DNA of 37,650 bases from a virus (Duplodnaviria > Caudoviricetes), in the IMG/VR virus record IMGVR_UViG_3300014208_001430, positions 1-37,650 of that record, one strand, 5' to 3'. Position numbers and translations under genes: made by a program. The notes beneath the pieces were generated by a model that was not told where the DNA came from, made no database searches, and was given only the letters and a program-made list of their open reading frames with translations. This document shows, one piece after another, positions 18,521 to 27,321 of this stretch. Position 1 is the stretch's first letter. Each line of letters starts with the position of its first letter.

Positions 18521-19486
18521 CTAAAGCGCTGTTTCGAGGCGAACGATGAACGCATTGTTCAAAATCTTGGCTACAAACGTTGCCTTCCAACCACTGGTTG
18601 CCCGCTGGTCCAATGCATCGGCAGTACCGGCCGAACCAAGAGGCTTGACGATATTTCTGATCGCCTCACCGCTAATTCTGGTAGTGCCGTAAGCGTTAGA
18701 ACCCAAGATTAAGGTTCCGTACACATCAACACCGGCACCTTCTCCGGTAAACACTTTACCGTTGGTGGTTTCTATCCAGCGCACTTCGCCATAAGTTCCG
18801 ATTTCGCCGGGAAGAGCGGTTCTCTGGCTGGGATATTTTTCTACCGGGACAAAAGTCGGGAAATTGGTGGTGTTCTTAAATTCAACCGCCACATTGGTAT
18901 GGACGATCCCGATATACGCCGCAGGAATCGGCATTGTATTGGACCCCGTAGAAGGATCAACCATCGATGTAATCTTGCGGGCATTGCCGTTTTTCAACAC
19001 CAGCACCGAGTTATTGATCAGCGTAGTGGTAATTTTCTCGCCGCTCGCCACTTGGCTTCTCATGGTATGGCCACTGCCCCCAAAATACTTGTTGGTGCCG
19101 GCCGCCATCACATCGCGGGTCAATTGGTCGATAGTATCGGCATACTGATCGCCCAAAAGCTCGGCCGTTTCCATTAATATCGGATCTTGGCTCTGATAGT
19201 CCAAAACATCGGTAATGACGATGAAATCGCCATACTGGCTCACGGTCGCGGTAATATCGGTAACCGCTAAAGAACTTCCGGCAGGAGTGATACCTTCGCT
19301 CAACGGCGTAGTCGCCGCGGACAAAGAAGTATACCGGCGGAATTTGATTATGCTGGTTCCGGCGTTGCGCGGAATGTCGCGCACTTGCGCCCATTTTGTA
19401 TGAACCAATAAAGGCTTGGCGCGTTCCAAAAGCGTTCGATTGTAAAAATTGTTAACTTCTGCGGGAATTGTAGTTGTAGTATCCAT
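18521..19486 (-). CDS. Major capsid protein, N4-gp56 family
   Basis: IKFRRY, PLSEGITP, QYGDF, GEIG, VRWIET, DALDQRATSGWK motifs. Confidence 0.93.
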   Translation of the reverse strand: MDTTTTIPAEVNNFYNRTLLERAKPLLVHTKWAQVRDIPRNAGTSIIKFRRYTSLSAATTPLSEGITPAGSSLAVTDITATVSQYGDFIVITDVLDYQSQDPILMETAELLGDQYADTIDQLTRDVMAAGTNKYFGGSGHTMRSQVASGEKITTTLINNSVLVLKNGNARKITSMVDPSTGSNTMPIPAAYIGIVHTNVAVEFKNTTNFPTFVPVEKYPSQRTALPGEIGTYGEVRWIETTNGKVFTGEGAGVDVYGTLILGSNAYGTTRISGEAIRNIVKPLGSAGTADALDQRATSGWKATFVAKILNNAFIVRLETAL

Positions 19487-19492
19487 AGAAAA

Positions 19493-20209
19493 CTACCGCT
19501 GTTTTTGCCGTACTTTCTCCTGCATTGCTTTAAAGTCCTGCTCGGGCATATCCAGAACACTGGCGGCATCGCCCGAACCCCGTCCGCTTCCTCCGCCCGT
19601 TTGGCCTCCTTTGGCCTTTGCATCAGCTTCCGCGGCGCGCTTTGCCCCTATCTTCATCAGATCGGGTCCGGCCACTTCGTAAAAAATGGCGTGTATCGGC
19701 AATTGCCGGCGCGAAGGATGCTGCATAAATTTGCGAACTTTGGCTTCGTAGGGCTTGAAATCAGGGTTCTTGGCCAGGAAATCCTGTACCTCGGTGTCAT
19801 CTTCCTGTTTCAAGGACTTTTCAATTATCGGATTCAGAATCGGCTCAACGGTTTCAAGGATGAGCTTTCTGTCTTCCTGCAAATCGTCGTCTTCATCATC
19901 CGCCGGATTATCGCCGGCGCCATCGCCTTTTTGCTTTTGCAATTTGGCAATTTTCCGCTCTTTGCGGTCAATAATGAAGTCTTTGGCGGTTTTGCGAGGC
20001 CTGACGGGCGGCTCATCGTTATCGCCCGGCGCATTTTTATCGGTCCCCTCGGGCTTTTTATCGCCCTCCTGGCCCTTGTCGTCACCCTCTTTCGGACTTG
20101 CGCCCTGTCCGTTATCGGGAGCAGTATTAGGTTTACCGCTGTTACCATCGCCCGCGCCTGCGCCGTCAACCGGAGCTGGCTCGAGGTTTTTTTCTATTTC
20201 TTCTGGCAT
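19493..20209 (-). CDS. Capsid scaffolding protein
   Basis: Acidic low-complexity N-terminus, helical core, short C-terminal helix; directly upstream of the capsid gene. Start at MPEEIEK. Confidence 0.75.
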   Translation of the reverse strand: MPEEIEKNLEPAPVDGAGAGDGNSGKPNTAPDNGQGASPKEGDDKGQEGDKKPEGTDKNAPGDNDEPPVRPRKTAKDFIIDRKERKIAKLQKQKGDGAGDNPADDEDDDLQEDRKLILETVEPILNPIIEKSLKQEDDTEVQDFLAKNPDFKPYEAKVRKFMQHPSRRQLPIHAIFYEVAGPDLMKIGAKRAAEADAKAKGGQTGGGSGRGSGDAASVLDMPEQDFKAMQEKVRQKQR

Positions 20210-20222
20210 TGTTTTGACCCCA

Positions 20223-20357
20223 CGCCGCAAGGGAACTGCCGAGTAACCTTGTGGCGGAATGGTTGTTATCTCCTCTTTTCGAGGGATGAGCCATTGCGGC
20301 TCGGTTCTGTCGCTCTGGCAGCAGAAAATCGCCGAAGCTTCTGCGAGCGACAGAACC
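20223..20357. ncRNA. Three-hairpin intergenic structure upstream of the scaffold gene
   Basis: CGCCGCAAGG/CCTTGTGGCG; AATGGTT/AGCCATT; perfect 13-bp GGTTCTGTCGCTC/GAGCGACAGAACC. Confidence 0.5.
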
Positions 20358-20382
20358 CAAACGCTATGACAGCAAATGACAG

Positions 20383-20736
20383 CTAATGATAAGGATCAAA
20401 ATCTTCCTGCTCCGGCTCGGAATCATCCTTTTGCAACGCGGCGATTATCTCTTTGGGCGCGTTGATAAGGTCCTCCATACAACCCCGGCGGTCGCGCAAC
20501 CTATCTATCTCCTGGTCGCTCAACGGTTTTCCATCCAAATCGATCTTTTCAATGATTTGTTTTTCCAATAAACGAATATTCTTCTCATGGTTATCAACCA
20601 CGATGTTCCACCCGCGCGTAAGAAACAACGCCTGCAAATCCGCGATAATTCCGGCATCGTTCTTAACAACCGCCCCCTGTTCCTTGCGCTTGACGATGAT
20701 CGTCCTGATCGGTTTTTTTGTGGTTTTTTTGGCCAT
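20383..20736 (-). CDS. Portal-adjacent small helical protein
   Basis: LQALFLTRGWNIV...LRDRRG pattern; 1 bp from the portal stop. Confidence 0.75.
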   Translation of the reverse strand: MAKKTTKKPIRTIIVKRKEQGAVVKNDAGIIADLQALFLTRGWNIVVDNHEKNIRLLEKQIIEKIDLDGKPLSDQEIDRLRDRRGCMEDLINAPKEIIAALQKDDSEPEQEDFDPYH

Positions 20737-20737
20737 A

Positions 20738-22666
20738 TTATTGGACTGGTTGCGGCATTAACGCCGGTTGCCGGTTATTGTTCGGCTGCGCTTTCATCTG
20801 TTGCGCGTCGGGCATAGCCGCCGTTTGGTTCGTTGCCAATTCGGGGTGCATTTTTTTCATCAACATCGCTTTTTTATGCGCCCGGATATGTGCGTATTTG
20901 GCGGCGGAATCCGAGGCCTTGTTATGGATTTCCATATGAACAATATCGTCATCAGTAATCCTCACGTTTTGGCGCACACCTTGTTCCAAGCCTTCGTTTT
21001 CTTCTTCCGCGGTCATCTCATCCACGTTTGGCGGTAAAATCATATTCACTTCGGAGCTGGGAATACTGGAAAGCCGCCCTAATCTTCTCAAGGCGAAGCG
21101 TTTGTTGGTGTTCGGGTCCGATGCCACGGCATCCTGTATGAAAAGCCGGTATGAATTGATTTTTTGGTTCCTTTCCGCGTCCGAAACCGCCTTGCTCTCC
21201 ACAAACACGTCCGGGTCGGCTAAATTCGAAATCAAATTCTCCCGCGTCAGTTTCCGATGGCTATACGACAAAGGCCCGGCGATGCGGATAATCTTTTCAT
21301 CGATGCCGGCAACAAAGTTTTCTTTGTAAAGGCTGTACCACTGCTGCCAAAAACGCTTCTCGCTCCATCCCCACACTTTCGCGGTCAAGGAATATCGGGT
21401 GTTGGAATTTATTCCAATCGCGTTAACCTCCGTAGCCGTGCGTTTCTCGGTTCCCACCACTCCCTGCTGCATTTCGCTGGTCGCGGTAGCCTTCTGCGCC
21501 GCCGTATCAAGCGATTCCATAATCCAGCTCACATCGGAAGCTATCTGCGCCTTCTGCAGCGGCGCGGCGGCATTAGCAATGTCGCCATTAACGCCGACGT
21601 GCTTGTTGAACTCAAAATTAAGATTCGCGGGATTTTTAATCTTATTGGTGTTGTAAACATACATCGGGTAAAGGCTCGATTTGGCAACCTTCACTCCAAG
21701 GTTCTGCAACACGCTGCGCGCCCGCTGTTTGTCCTCGGTCAAATCCGGGATTGATACCCCATCCCAATCGTGCGCGATCGGATACATGAACCGGTCAATG
21801 ATCGGCAATCTATTGCCGTTCAATTTCGTATAGCGGACAATCCGGTGCGACGCTTTATGCCAGCCAACGATAATCAACCGGCCGTTCTCGCTGGTGTGCC
21901 ATTCCGTAATCCGGTATTCGGCGTTATCACCTTTCACATTGTCGAATTTGGAAACATCACCCATCCCCTGCGCTTCGCGCCTCATTTGGCTGTAACGGTC
22001 AAGTACCGAGTTATAATCGTCAGTTCCGTCCGGCTTCAAATCCTCGAAATTGAAATATATCCCCGAGTCCCTCATCTCCTGTTTGGTCAGGCGAACCTCG
22101 CGGCCGCCAAACTTCATTCTTCCCCGGCCCTTGATATCGCCGCGCACGCTCTTGGCCCGCGGATCGCGCAACCAGGTCATCATATCCACACATTCCGGTA
22201 TCGGAAGCTTCAATTTTCGGTCGAATTCGGTAAAAAGAGCCAACCCGTGGCCGAAGAATGAAGTATCCCAATCCCATTCGTAATCCAGCATATCTTTCTC
22301 CATCGAAATATAGTCGTTCTCCGCGGTCAGCGTCAGATTTTCGGCAAGGTCCTCGTCCCCTTCCTCGGTTCCCTCGAACTTGGAAACAAGCTTATCGTTA
22401 TACAATGACGCCAGGACCGTCTGGTGCACGGAAAACATCAATGGATCGCCCACCGCGTCTTTGGCGCGTTTCTGATTGTTGTAGAGCTTCAGGCGCTTTG
22501 CCCATTCCTCCTGCTTGGGCTGCATATAGAAATAGGAAATATTCCACTCCGTTTCGATCTGGTCAATCAAATAACGAAAAGTACGCTTCTCGTATTTGTG
22601 AAGCTCTTTAGTGAGTTCTGTTTCCAATTCAACCGGCTGGTACTCTTCTTCTTTGTTTTTTGGCAT
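20738..22666 (-). CDS. Portal protein (P22-like)
   Basis: 642 aa; FEGTEEGDEDLAE, GVSIPDLTEDKQRA, RTATEV motifs; lies between terminase and scaffold. Confidence 0.88.
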   Translation of the reverse strand: MPKNKEEEYQPVELETELTKELHKYEKRTFRYLIDQIETEWNISYFYMQPKQEEWAKRLKLYNNQKRAKDAVGDPLMFSVHQTVLASLYNDKLVSKFEGTEEGDEDLAENLTLTAENDYISMEKDMLDYEWDWDTSFFGHGLALFTEFDRKLKLPIPECVDMMTWLRDPRAKSVRGDIKGRGRMKFGGREVRLTKQEMRDSGIYFNFEDLKPDGTDDYNSVLDRYSQMRREAQGMGDVSKFDNVKGDNAEYRITEWHTSENGRLIIVGWHKASHRIVRYTKLNGNRLPIIDRFMYPIAHDWDGVSIPDLTEDKQRARSVLQNLGVKVAKSSLYPMYVYNTNKIKNPANLNFEFNKHVGVNGDIANAAAPLQKAQIASDVSWIMESLDTAAQKATATSEMQQGVVGTEKRTATEVNAIGINSNTRYSLTAKVWGWSEKRFWQQWYSLYKENFVAGIDEKIIRIAGPLSYSHRKLTRENLISNLADPDVFVESKAVSDAERNQKINSYRLFIQDAVASDPNTNKRFALRRLGRLSSIPSSEVNMILPPNVDEMTAEEENEGLEQGVRQNVRITDDDIVHMEIHNKASDSAAKYAHIRAHKKAMLMKKMHPELATNQTAAMPDAQQMKAQPNNNRQPALMPQPVQ

Positions 22667-22688
22667 AGCGGAAAACCCGCGTATACAA

Positions 22689-22742
22689 CAAAAAAGGGCC
22701 TCAAGACCCTTCGGGTAAAACCCAAAAGTTCTTGAGGCCCTT
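22689..22742 (-). terminator. Strong hairpin plus U-tract directly upstream of the portal start (attenuator-like)
   Basis: 13-bp inverted repeat AAGGGCCTCAAGA/TCTTGAGGCCCTT running into U6 on the minus strand. Confidence 0.65.
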
Positions 22743-22795
22743 CGCAGATGCGGCGTTATTTCACGCCTTCGTTGATGCGGGCAACTAACAATTTC

Positions 22796-22822
22796 ATTTT
22801 AGCACATTCAAAGAAATGTCAA
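22796..22822 (-). promoter_or_regulatory. Possible promoter for the head operon
   Basis: TTGACA-N15-TAAAAT with extended -10 TG; spacer is short. Confidence 0.45.
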
Positions 22823-23082
22823 GAGTGCATAGTTAAACCCCGGTCACGGAATGATTGCAATATTTTATCGCACAATGTGTTTTGCAACATACCGGCAACC
22901 TTAAATTTTGGTTTTAGGTTATCAACATCGACTCGCAATTCATTAACCGCCTCCTCCGCTAATTGCTGGTATTGGGATTGAAAGAATTTAATTACTTGAA
23001 AACTTGCCCTGGGGTCAAAATCAGAAAATTCTTGCTCAAATTCCTCATTGATACTCTCTACTGTTTTTTGTTTAATTGGCAT
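22819..23082 (-). CDS. Hypothetical protein
   Basis: 87-aa ORF tightly packed in the operon. Confidence 0.6.
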   Translation of the reverse strand: MPIKQKTVESINEEFEQEFSDFDPRASFQVIKFFQSQYQQLAEEAVNELRVDVDNLKPKFKVAGMLQNTLCDKILQSFRDRGLTMHS

Positions 23083-23084
23083 AT

Positions 23085-23282
23085 TTATTTTGTTTTTTTA
23101 CGCCGGTACAAATAATCATTGCGCTTAATGTCGATCAAAACCCCATGGCCAAAATTAAGGATGCCCTGGCCGTCCTTAATATCGAATATCCGCGCGTCAA
23201 TAAGCGCGACAAAGAAATCCCGGTGCGCGAGATATGCTTTGTAGTATTCGGCTTCCTGGTCGGTTAGATCGATTTTAGCCAT
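23085..23282 (-). CDS. Hypothetical protein
   Basis: 65-aa ORF 4 bp after terL. Confidence 0.7.
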   Translation of the reverse strand: MAKIDLTDQEAEYYKAYLAHRDFFVALIDARIFDIKDGQGILNFGHGVLIDIKRNDYLYRRKKTK

Positions 23283-23286
23283 TTTT

Positions 23287-24831
23287 TTATGCGTAAGGGT
23301 CTAATTGGTCGGAACTGTTTTCCTGCTGATATCCAAAATCCTGTTGCCGCGGCATTTCGGTAAACGTCGGATTGATTATCAACGCCCGGCCCAGGCACTC
23401 AACAAAATGATCATCCTTGTCCACCGCCTTCTCCTTGGCATTATGCTTATCCGCCCCCTTGCCCGTCCATTCGTCCCAGCGGTAATTCTCCAGCTCCCAA
23501 ATCGTCCGACGGCAAGTATCAAACACATAAAGCTCCGGCGCCTTTATGAATTCCCCGGTTGGCATTCGGGTATAGGCCAGCGCGTCGGTGATACAGCGAT
23601 CCGCCTGATCCCTCGCTTTCGGCGCGGGAGAATAACCCAGCCCCAGCTCATCCAGCCGGTCGCCCAAGCTTTTCCCATCTTTGTCGTGCTGGTTCACAAT
23701 AAACATCGAAGGGTCGCCCAGCCTCATCTCAATACGGTACCGATCGGCCTTTTCTTTGATCCTTTGGGCCAATTCATCGGTTCCGTTCTGGCACTTGATC
23801 CAAAGCTCGTCTATAACAAATTTCGTTCCCTGGCGGTCAACCGCGAGCCACAGAACAGCATCGGGATTGCGCGGATGAGGATCGATAAGCTCATAAACCG
23901 AATATCCCCGTAAATTTATCTGCCGCGGCGGAATAACGTGAATCGCCCGGTCAAATTTCTTGAATATGCGCCCCACCAAATGCTGGAATTTACCATATGC
24001 GCGCGCCTCCCTCTCATCTTCGTCATACTCGGCAATCATCTTTTGAATATCCTCGTGCATCAAGTGGCCCCGCACGCCATGCTCAATGCAAGCGTCCTCA
24101 ACTCCCGCGGTAATATGTTTAACCTTGCGTTTTATCTTTTCGCCATCGATTCCCTCCACCTCCATCTCGCCGGCAATCAGCTTGTCATAAAGCCACCCGG
24201 ACCCGCGCAACATCGTTGCCGTAATGAACATCAGCCCGCCCATCCTCAAACGGGCAACGCAAGCTTTAAAGATCGATTCCGTCGGCGGTTCATCAAACCA
24301 AACAAAACCCAGCGTTTCGGCTTCAAAGTCCTTCGGGTCCTGCTCATAGCTCATCACGTCAAAATGCCATTCCCCCGCGTCCCATAATCTCAAATAGTCT
24401 TTGCCGCCTTTGGTCGCTTTATATTTTCCCTTGGGAAACCAAGTCTGCAGCGCTTTGACAATGTTTGGTATATTGCCCGGGTCGCTCACAATGCGACCGC
24501 GCTTCGGAAAAGGAAAATTTTTAAACAATGAATAATTAAACCACTCGTCATTCATCCCGGGAAACACGAAATTGGCCGCCACATTCGCCCCGGCTTGTGT
24601 TTTTCCCACGCCATTGGCCGCGGAAAACAAAGTGATAAAATATTCACCGCTTCCCACGGCCTTAATGAATTCCTCGCATTTCCCATTAGGCACATAAAAT
24701 CTACACTTCTCCTTTTCCAGCCGCCGCACCTTCTCCTCCTTCACCGCTCGCAATTCCGCCAAAGCCTCATCAACCCCCTCATCGCCCACGAGATCCCGCA
24801 CATCTTGTTCAGTTTTGGTCTTCTTAGCCAT
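23287..24831 (-). CDS. terL: Terminase large subunit
   Basis: Walker A AANGVGKT, Walker B FVWFDEPP, motif III ITATM, nuclease acidic residues IDPH and DDHFVECL. Confidence 0.93.
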   Translation of the reverse strand: MAKKTKTEQDVRDLVGDEGVDEALAELRAVKEEKVRRLEKEKCRFYVPNGKCEEFIKAVGSGEYFITLFSAANGVGKTQAGANVAANFVFPGMNDEWFNYSLFKNFPFPKRGRIVSDPGNIPNIVKALQTWFPKGKYKATKGGKDYLRLWDAGEWHFDVMSYEQDPKDFEAETLGFVWFDEPPTESIFKACVARLRMGGLMFITATMLRGSGWLYDKLIAGEMEVEGIDGEKIKRKVKHITAGVEDACIEHGVRGHLMHEDIQKMIAEYDEDEREARAYGKFQHLVGRIFKKFDRAIHVIPPRQINLRGYSVYELIDPHPRNPDAVLWLAVDRQGTKFVIDELWIKCQNGTDELAQRIKEKADRYRIEMRLGDPSMFIVNQHDKDGKSLGDRLDELGLGYSPAPKARDQADRCITDALAYTRMPTGEFIKAPELYVFDTCRRTIWELENYRWDEWTGKGADKHNAKEKAVDKDDHFVECLGRALIINPTFTEMPRQQDFGYQQENSSDQLDPYA

Positions 24832-25111
24832 TATCCTTTTTACCCACAATTATCGCGTTCAAAACTTCATAAGTCGCAATTCCGGTCGCAAACATCGCGC
24901 TCATGAATGCGGTCACGTAATCCGGCAGATAATGCCAGGCGATCCCTGCGCCGGAAATCACAAAACAAAGCACCAATAAAATCATCTGTGTTACCAACGG
25001 CTCAAATCTTGGCGTTATTAATTTGTCAAAAATCCCCTTAATGAATTGAGTGACTGCAATCGCCGCCCCGGTACCCCCCGCAAAAAACGCCGCAATAGTT
25101 AAAATTTCCAT
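24824..25111 (-). CDS. Holin-like membrane protein (3 TM)
   Basis: Three hydrophobic segments; AVTQFIK and GIATYE patterns. Confidence 0.6.
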   Translation of the reverse strand: MEILTIAAFFAGGTGAAIAVTQFIKGIFDKLITPRFEPLVTQMILLVLCFVISGAGIAWHYLPDYVTAFMSAMFATGIATYEVLNAIIVGKKDNG

Positions 25112-25189
25112 ATATTTTTAATTAGTATTTTTTTTAAAACGATACTATCTCGGCCTTTAGTATTCTTCTCGCTTTTCCCGAAGCCGACA

Positions 25190-25357
25190 TTACGCCTGGG
25201 TAATAATCAGGCATATTTCGGCGGCGGGAAAAACCTCGGAAGCGCAATCGTATCTTGCCTTTCGCGCCTCCGAAAAATAGTAGCAACGCCGCGGTTTGCA
25301 TCTATGCTTGCGCCTCTGTTCGTTAATCAACGAACCATCAAGCCCGCATTGCCACAT
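25190..25357 (-). CDS. Small Cys-rich protein (55 aa, not in ORF track)
   Basis: MWQCGLDGSLINEQRRKHRCKPRRCYYF...CLIITQA. Confidence 0.4.
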   Translation of the reverse strand: MWQCGLDGSLINEQRRKHRCKPRRCYYFSEARKARYDCASEVFPAAEICLIITQA

Positions 25358-25380
25358 ATCTACGCGCCTCTCTGTAATAT

Positions 25381-25509
25381 CTATGCACCTCCCGACCTCT
25401 CGAAGTCTATCAACCCCGGCACCACCTCACTCTGCCGTTCACATTTGCGTTTCAGCTGTTCCGCATCGATGCAGTTCACTTTTTCCCTCTTAATTTCACG
25501 CTTCGCCAT
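25381..25509 (-). CDS. Small hypothetical protein (42 aa)
   Basis: MAKREIKREKVNCIDAEQLKRKC... Confidence 0.4.
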   Translation of the reverse strand: MAKREIKREKVNCIDAEQLKRKCERQSEVVPGLIDFERSGGA

Positions 25510-25585
25510 TTTCACACCCCTATGATAATGGATAAAAGAACTAAGGAGAGCAGCGTTCGACCAAGGCGCCGCTCGCCTCAATCCT

Positions 25586-26029
25586 CTAAAATTGCTTAAA
25601 TAATCGCTTCCACCATGGCAAATTCCAGAACCTTTTTAAAGTGTTGGTTTGAACCATTAAGGTAAGTTTTTGCAATGCGTCTTTTGTTTCCGCTGCAACT
25701 GTTTCCTGATACTTTTTGAAGCGCGTTTCTTGGTCTTCTCTCATTATCCTTTTATGATCCTCCACCGTGATATATTGATCCGTGGACACTTTCAGCAAAT
25801 CGAGAAACAATCCCGCGTCATTGATCTTTACGGCGTATCTATCTATTTGCCCGGTTTTTGCCGCCAACTCAACCACTTTATATTTAATCGTATGCAACCC
25901 GGGAGAAAGCTCCGTGCCATCATTCATCTTGATTGGTTGTATCGGCGAATACAAAGATTCCTCCAGGCAATCGAAACCTGCGGGAATATCAACTTCTTCT
26001 TTGATGATGTCGATTTTTAGAGCTTTCAT
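25586..26029 (-). CDS. Hypothetical protein with C-terminal LPWWKRLF motif
   Basis: Start at MKALKID removes the overlap; amphipathic WWKRLF tail. Confidence 0.65.
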   Translation of the reverse strand: MKALKIDIIKEEVDIPAGFDCLEESLYSPIQPIKMNDGTELSPGLHTIKYKVVELAAKTGQIDRYAVKINDAGLFLDLLKVSTDQYITVEDHKRIMREDQETRFKKYQETVAAETKDALQKLTLMVQTNTLKRFWNLPWWKRLFKQF

Positions 26030-26040
26030 AAGATTTATTT

Positions 26041-26388
26041 TTAACTCTTTTTCTTTTGCGATAATTTTGCTTGAAACTTTTGCAATTCTTCGATTAATTT
26101 CGGAAGCATATCCGCGGGAATAGGAATCCACATTCCATTCGTGCCGTTTTCGATTTTTACCAATCTTTTGCCGTTATCAGCCACCTCCATAACATGGTGA
26201 TGGTTTGGAAGATTCCCATCATTTGAATAAACGTGCCTTATCTTTTCCCCTCGGGCAATACAGTTTTTCCGCGAATTCTCTTTTTCTTCAGACCACTTAA
26301 CCCCCACGGTTGCGCATTTCTCAAACGGAATATCCAAATCCCCCTCATAAAAAGGCTTGATCACAAACTCAATTTTTATATTTTTCAT
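26041..26388 (-). CDS. Hypothetical protein
   Basis: 4-bp ATGA coupling with the upstream gene. Confidence 0.65.
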   Translation of the reverse strand: MKNIKIEFVIKPFYEGDLDIPFEKCATVGVKWSEEKENSRKNCIARGEKIRHVYSNDGNLPNHHHVMEVADNGKRLVKIENGTNGMWIPIPADMLPKLIEELQKFQAKLSQKKKS

Positions 26389-26732
26389 AGATGTTCAATT
26401 TTCATTAAATAATACGCCGCGTTCACGCACTTAAAATGGAATATATAGCCATTGTGCCCCTGCACAAACGTTGGAAATAGCCAAAGCCATAGTTTATCCC
26501 TCTTCCTGATCTTTACCCGCTTAATATCAGCTTCCGTAAACACGTGATTGCTATAAAAGGGATTCTGGTATCTTGGATCAATGCGCCGGTCGTTGCTGTA
26601 AATTGCTTTCAATACTTGATGTTCAAATTCCTCCCTATCCCGCCAATCTGCCGCGTAACCGGTTTCCTCAATCATAACCTCTGCCATCGTCCTTCTGGGA
26701 AATTTATTAAAATCTTTGATTTTTAATTTCAT
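26385..26732 (-). CDS. Hypothetical protein
   Basis: 4-bp overlaps on both sides. Confidence 0.65.
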   Translation of the reverse strand: MKLKIKDFNKFPRRTMAEVMIEETGYAADWRDREEFEHQVLKAIYSNDRRIDPRYQNPFYSNHVFTEADIKRVKIRKRDKLWLWLFPTFVQGHNGYIFHFKCVNAAYYLMKIEHL

Positions 26733-27160
26733 TTTTTTAGTTTTCTCGCCAAAATTTTGGCAGTTAGTTCTTTCTCTTTCGCCAGGAGCTCGGCATTGCT
26801 CAATCCGGCGTAAGGCGTCACATCCTCGATCTTCTCCGGCGCGTACCGTCCGCGCATTTTGTAGGTCAGATCGATCGCCCGCAATCGCGCGTCATTGTCG
26901 GGATACATCGAAACTTCCTTGTCGCATATCACCGGCCGCTCGGCTTCCAATAATTCGCCATGGGTCTTTGCGATTTTATCTTCCGGCAAATACTTATCCA
27001 TCAAAGATTGCCAGCTCTTGCTGCGCGTCACCAGTTGCGGATTTTTGGAATAGCTTTTGGAATATCCAAGCTTGCGCATCGACTTCCCGACCTTTCCCTT
27101 ATTTTCCAATATTTTTGAAGCTAAAAGCTTCCTTTTAAATTTGATTGTTGGCTTGTTCAT
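26729..27160 (-). CDS. terS: Probable terminase small subunit
   Basis: HTH-like VGKSMRKLGYSKSYSKNP and helix ARLRAIDLTYKMRG. Confidence 0.7.
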   Translation of the reverse strand: MNKPTIKFKRKLLASKILENKGKVGKSMRKLGYSKSYSKNPQLVTRSKSWQSLMDKYLPEDKIAKTHGELLEAERPVICDKEVSMYPDNDARLRAIDLTYKMRGRYAPEKIEDVTPYAGLSNAELLAKEKELTAKILARKLKK

Positions 27161-27167
27161 TTTTTTG

Positions 27168-27248
27168 TGGCGATTGAGGGAATCGAACCCCCTAAGCGCG
27201 AGGCAAGTGTTCTACAGACACCCCCATTATCCAATTTGGTAAATCGCC
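27168..27248 (-). tRNA. tRNA-Tyr(GTA), type II variable arm, no encoded CCA
   Basis: Acceptor GGCGATT/AATCGCC plus A73; anticodon arm GGTGT-CT-GTA-GA-ACACT; T arm GGGGG-TTCGATT-CCCTC. Confidence 0.88.
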
Positions 27249-27254
27249 GTAAAC

Positions 27255-27316
27255 GCCGATATTCTCTCGGGGTGTCGTCCTGTTCCTTCCAGGCGCGTTC
27301 ACGCTTCACCCTCGGC
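27255..27316 (-). ncRNA. Compact multi-stem element between the two tRNA-type genes
   Basis: GCCGA/UCGGC enclosing GGGUG/CACCC, GCG-UGAA-CGC and CCUG-GAAGGAA-CAGG. Confidence 0.4.
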
Positions 27317-27321
27317 TTATG

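Noticed and set aside
27168-27248. Suppressor tRNA or stop-codon recoding
   Set aside because: The anticodon is GTA, not CTA; long genes are intact in code 11 and TAG/TGA are used as real stops
27255-27316. HDV-like (theta) or hammerhead ribozyme after the tRNA-like RNA
   Set aside because: Could not build the nested double pseudoknot or find the CUGAUGA/GAAA core by eye; kept only as an unknown structure
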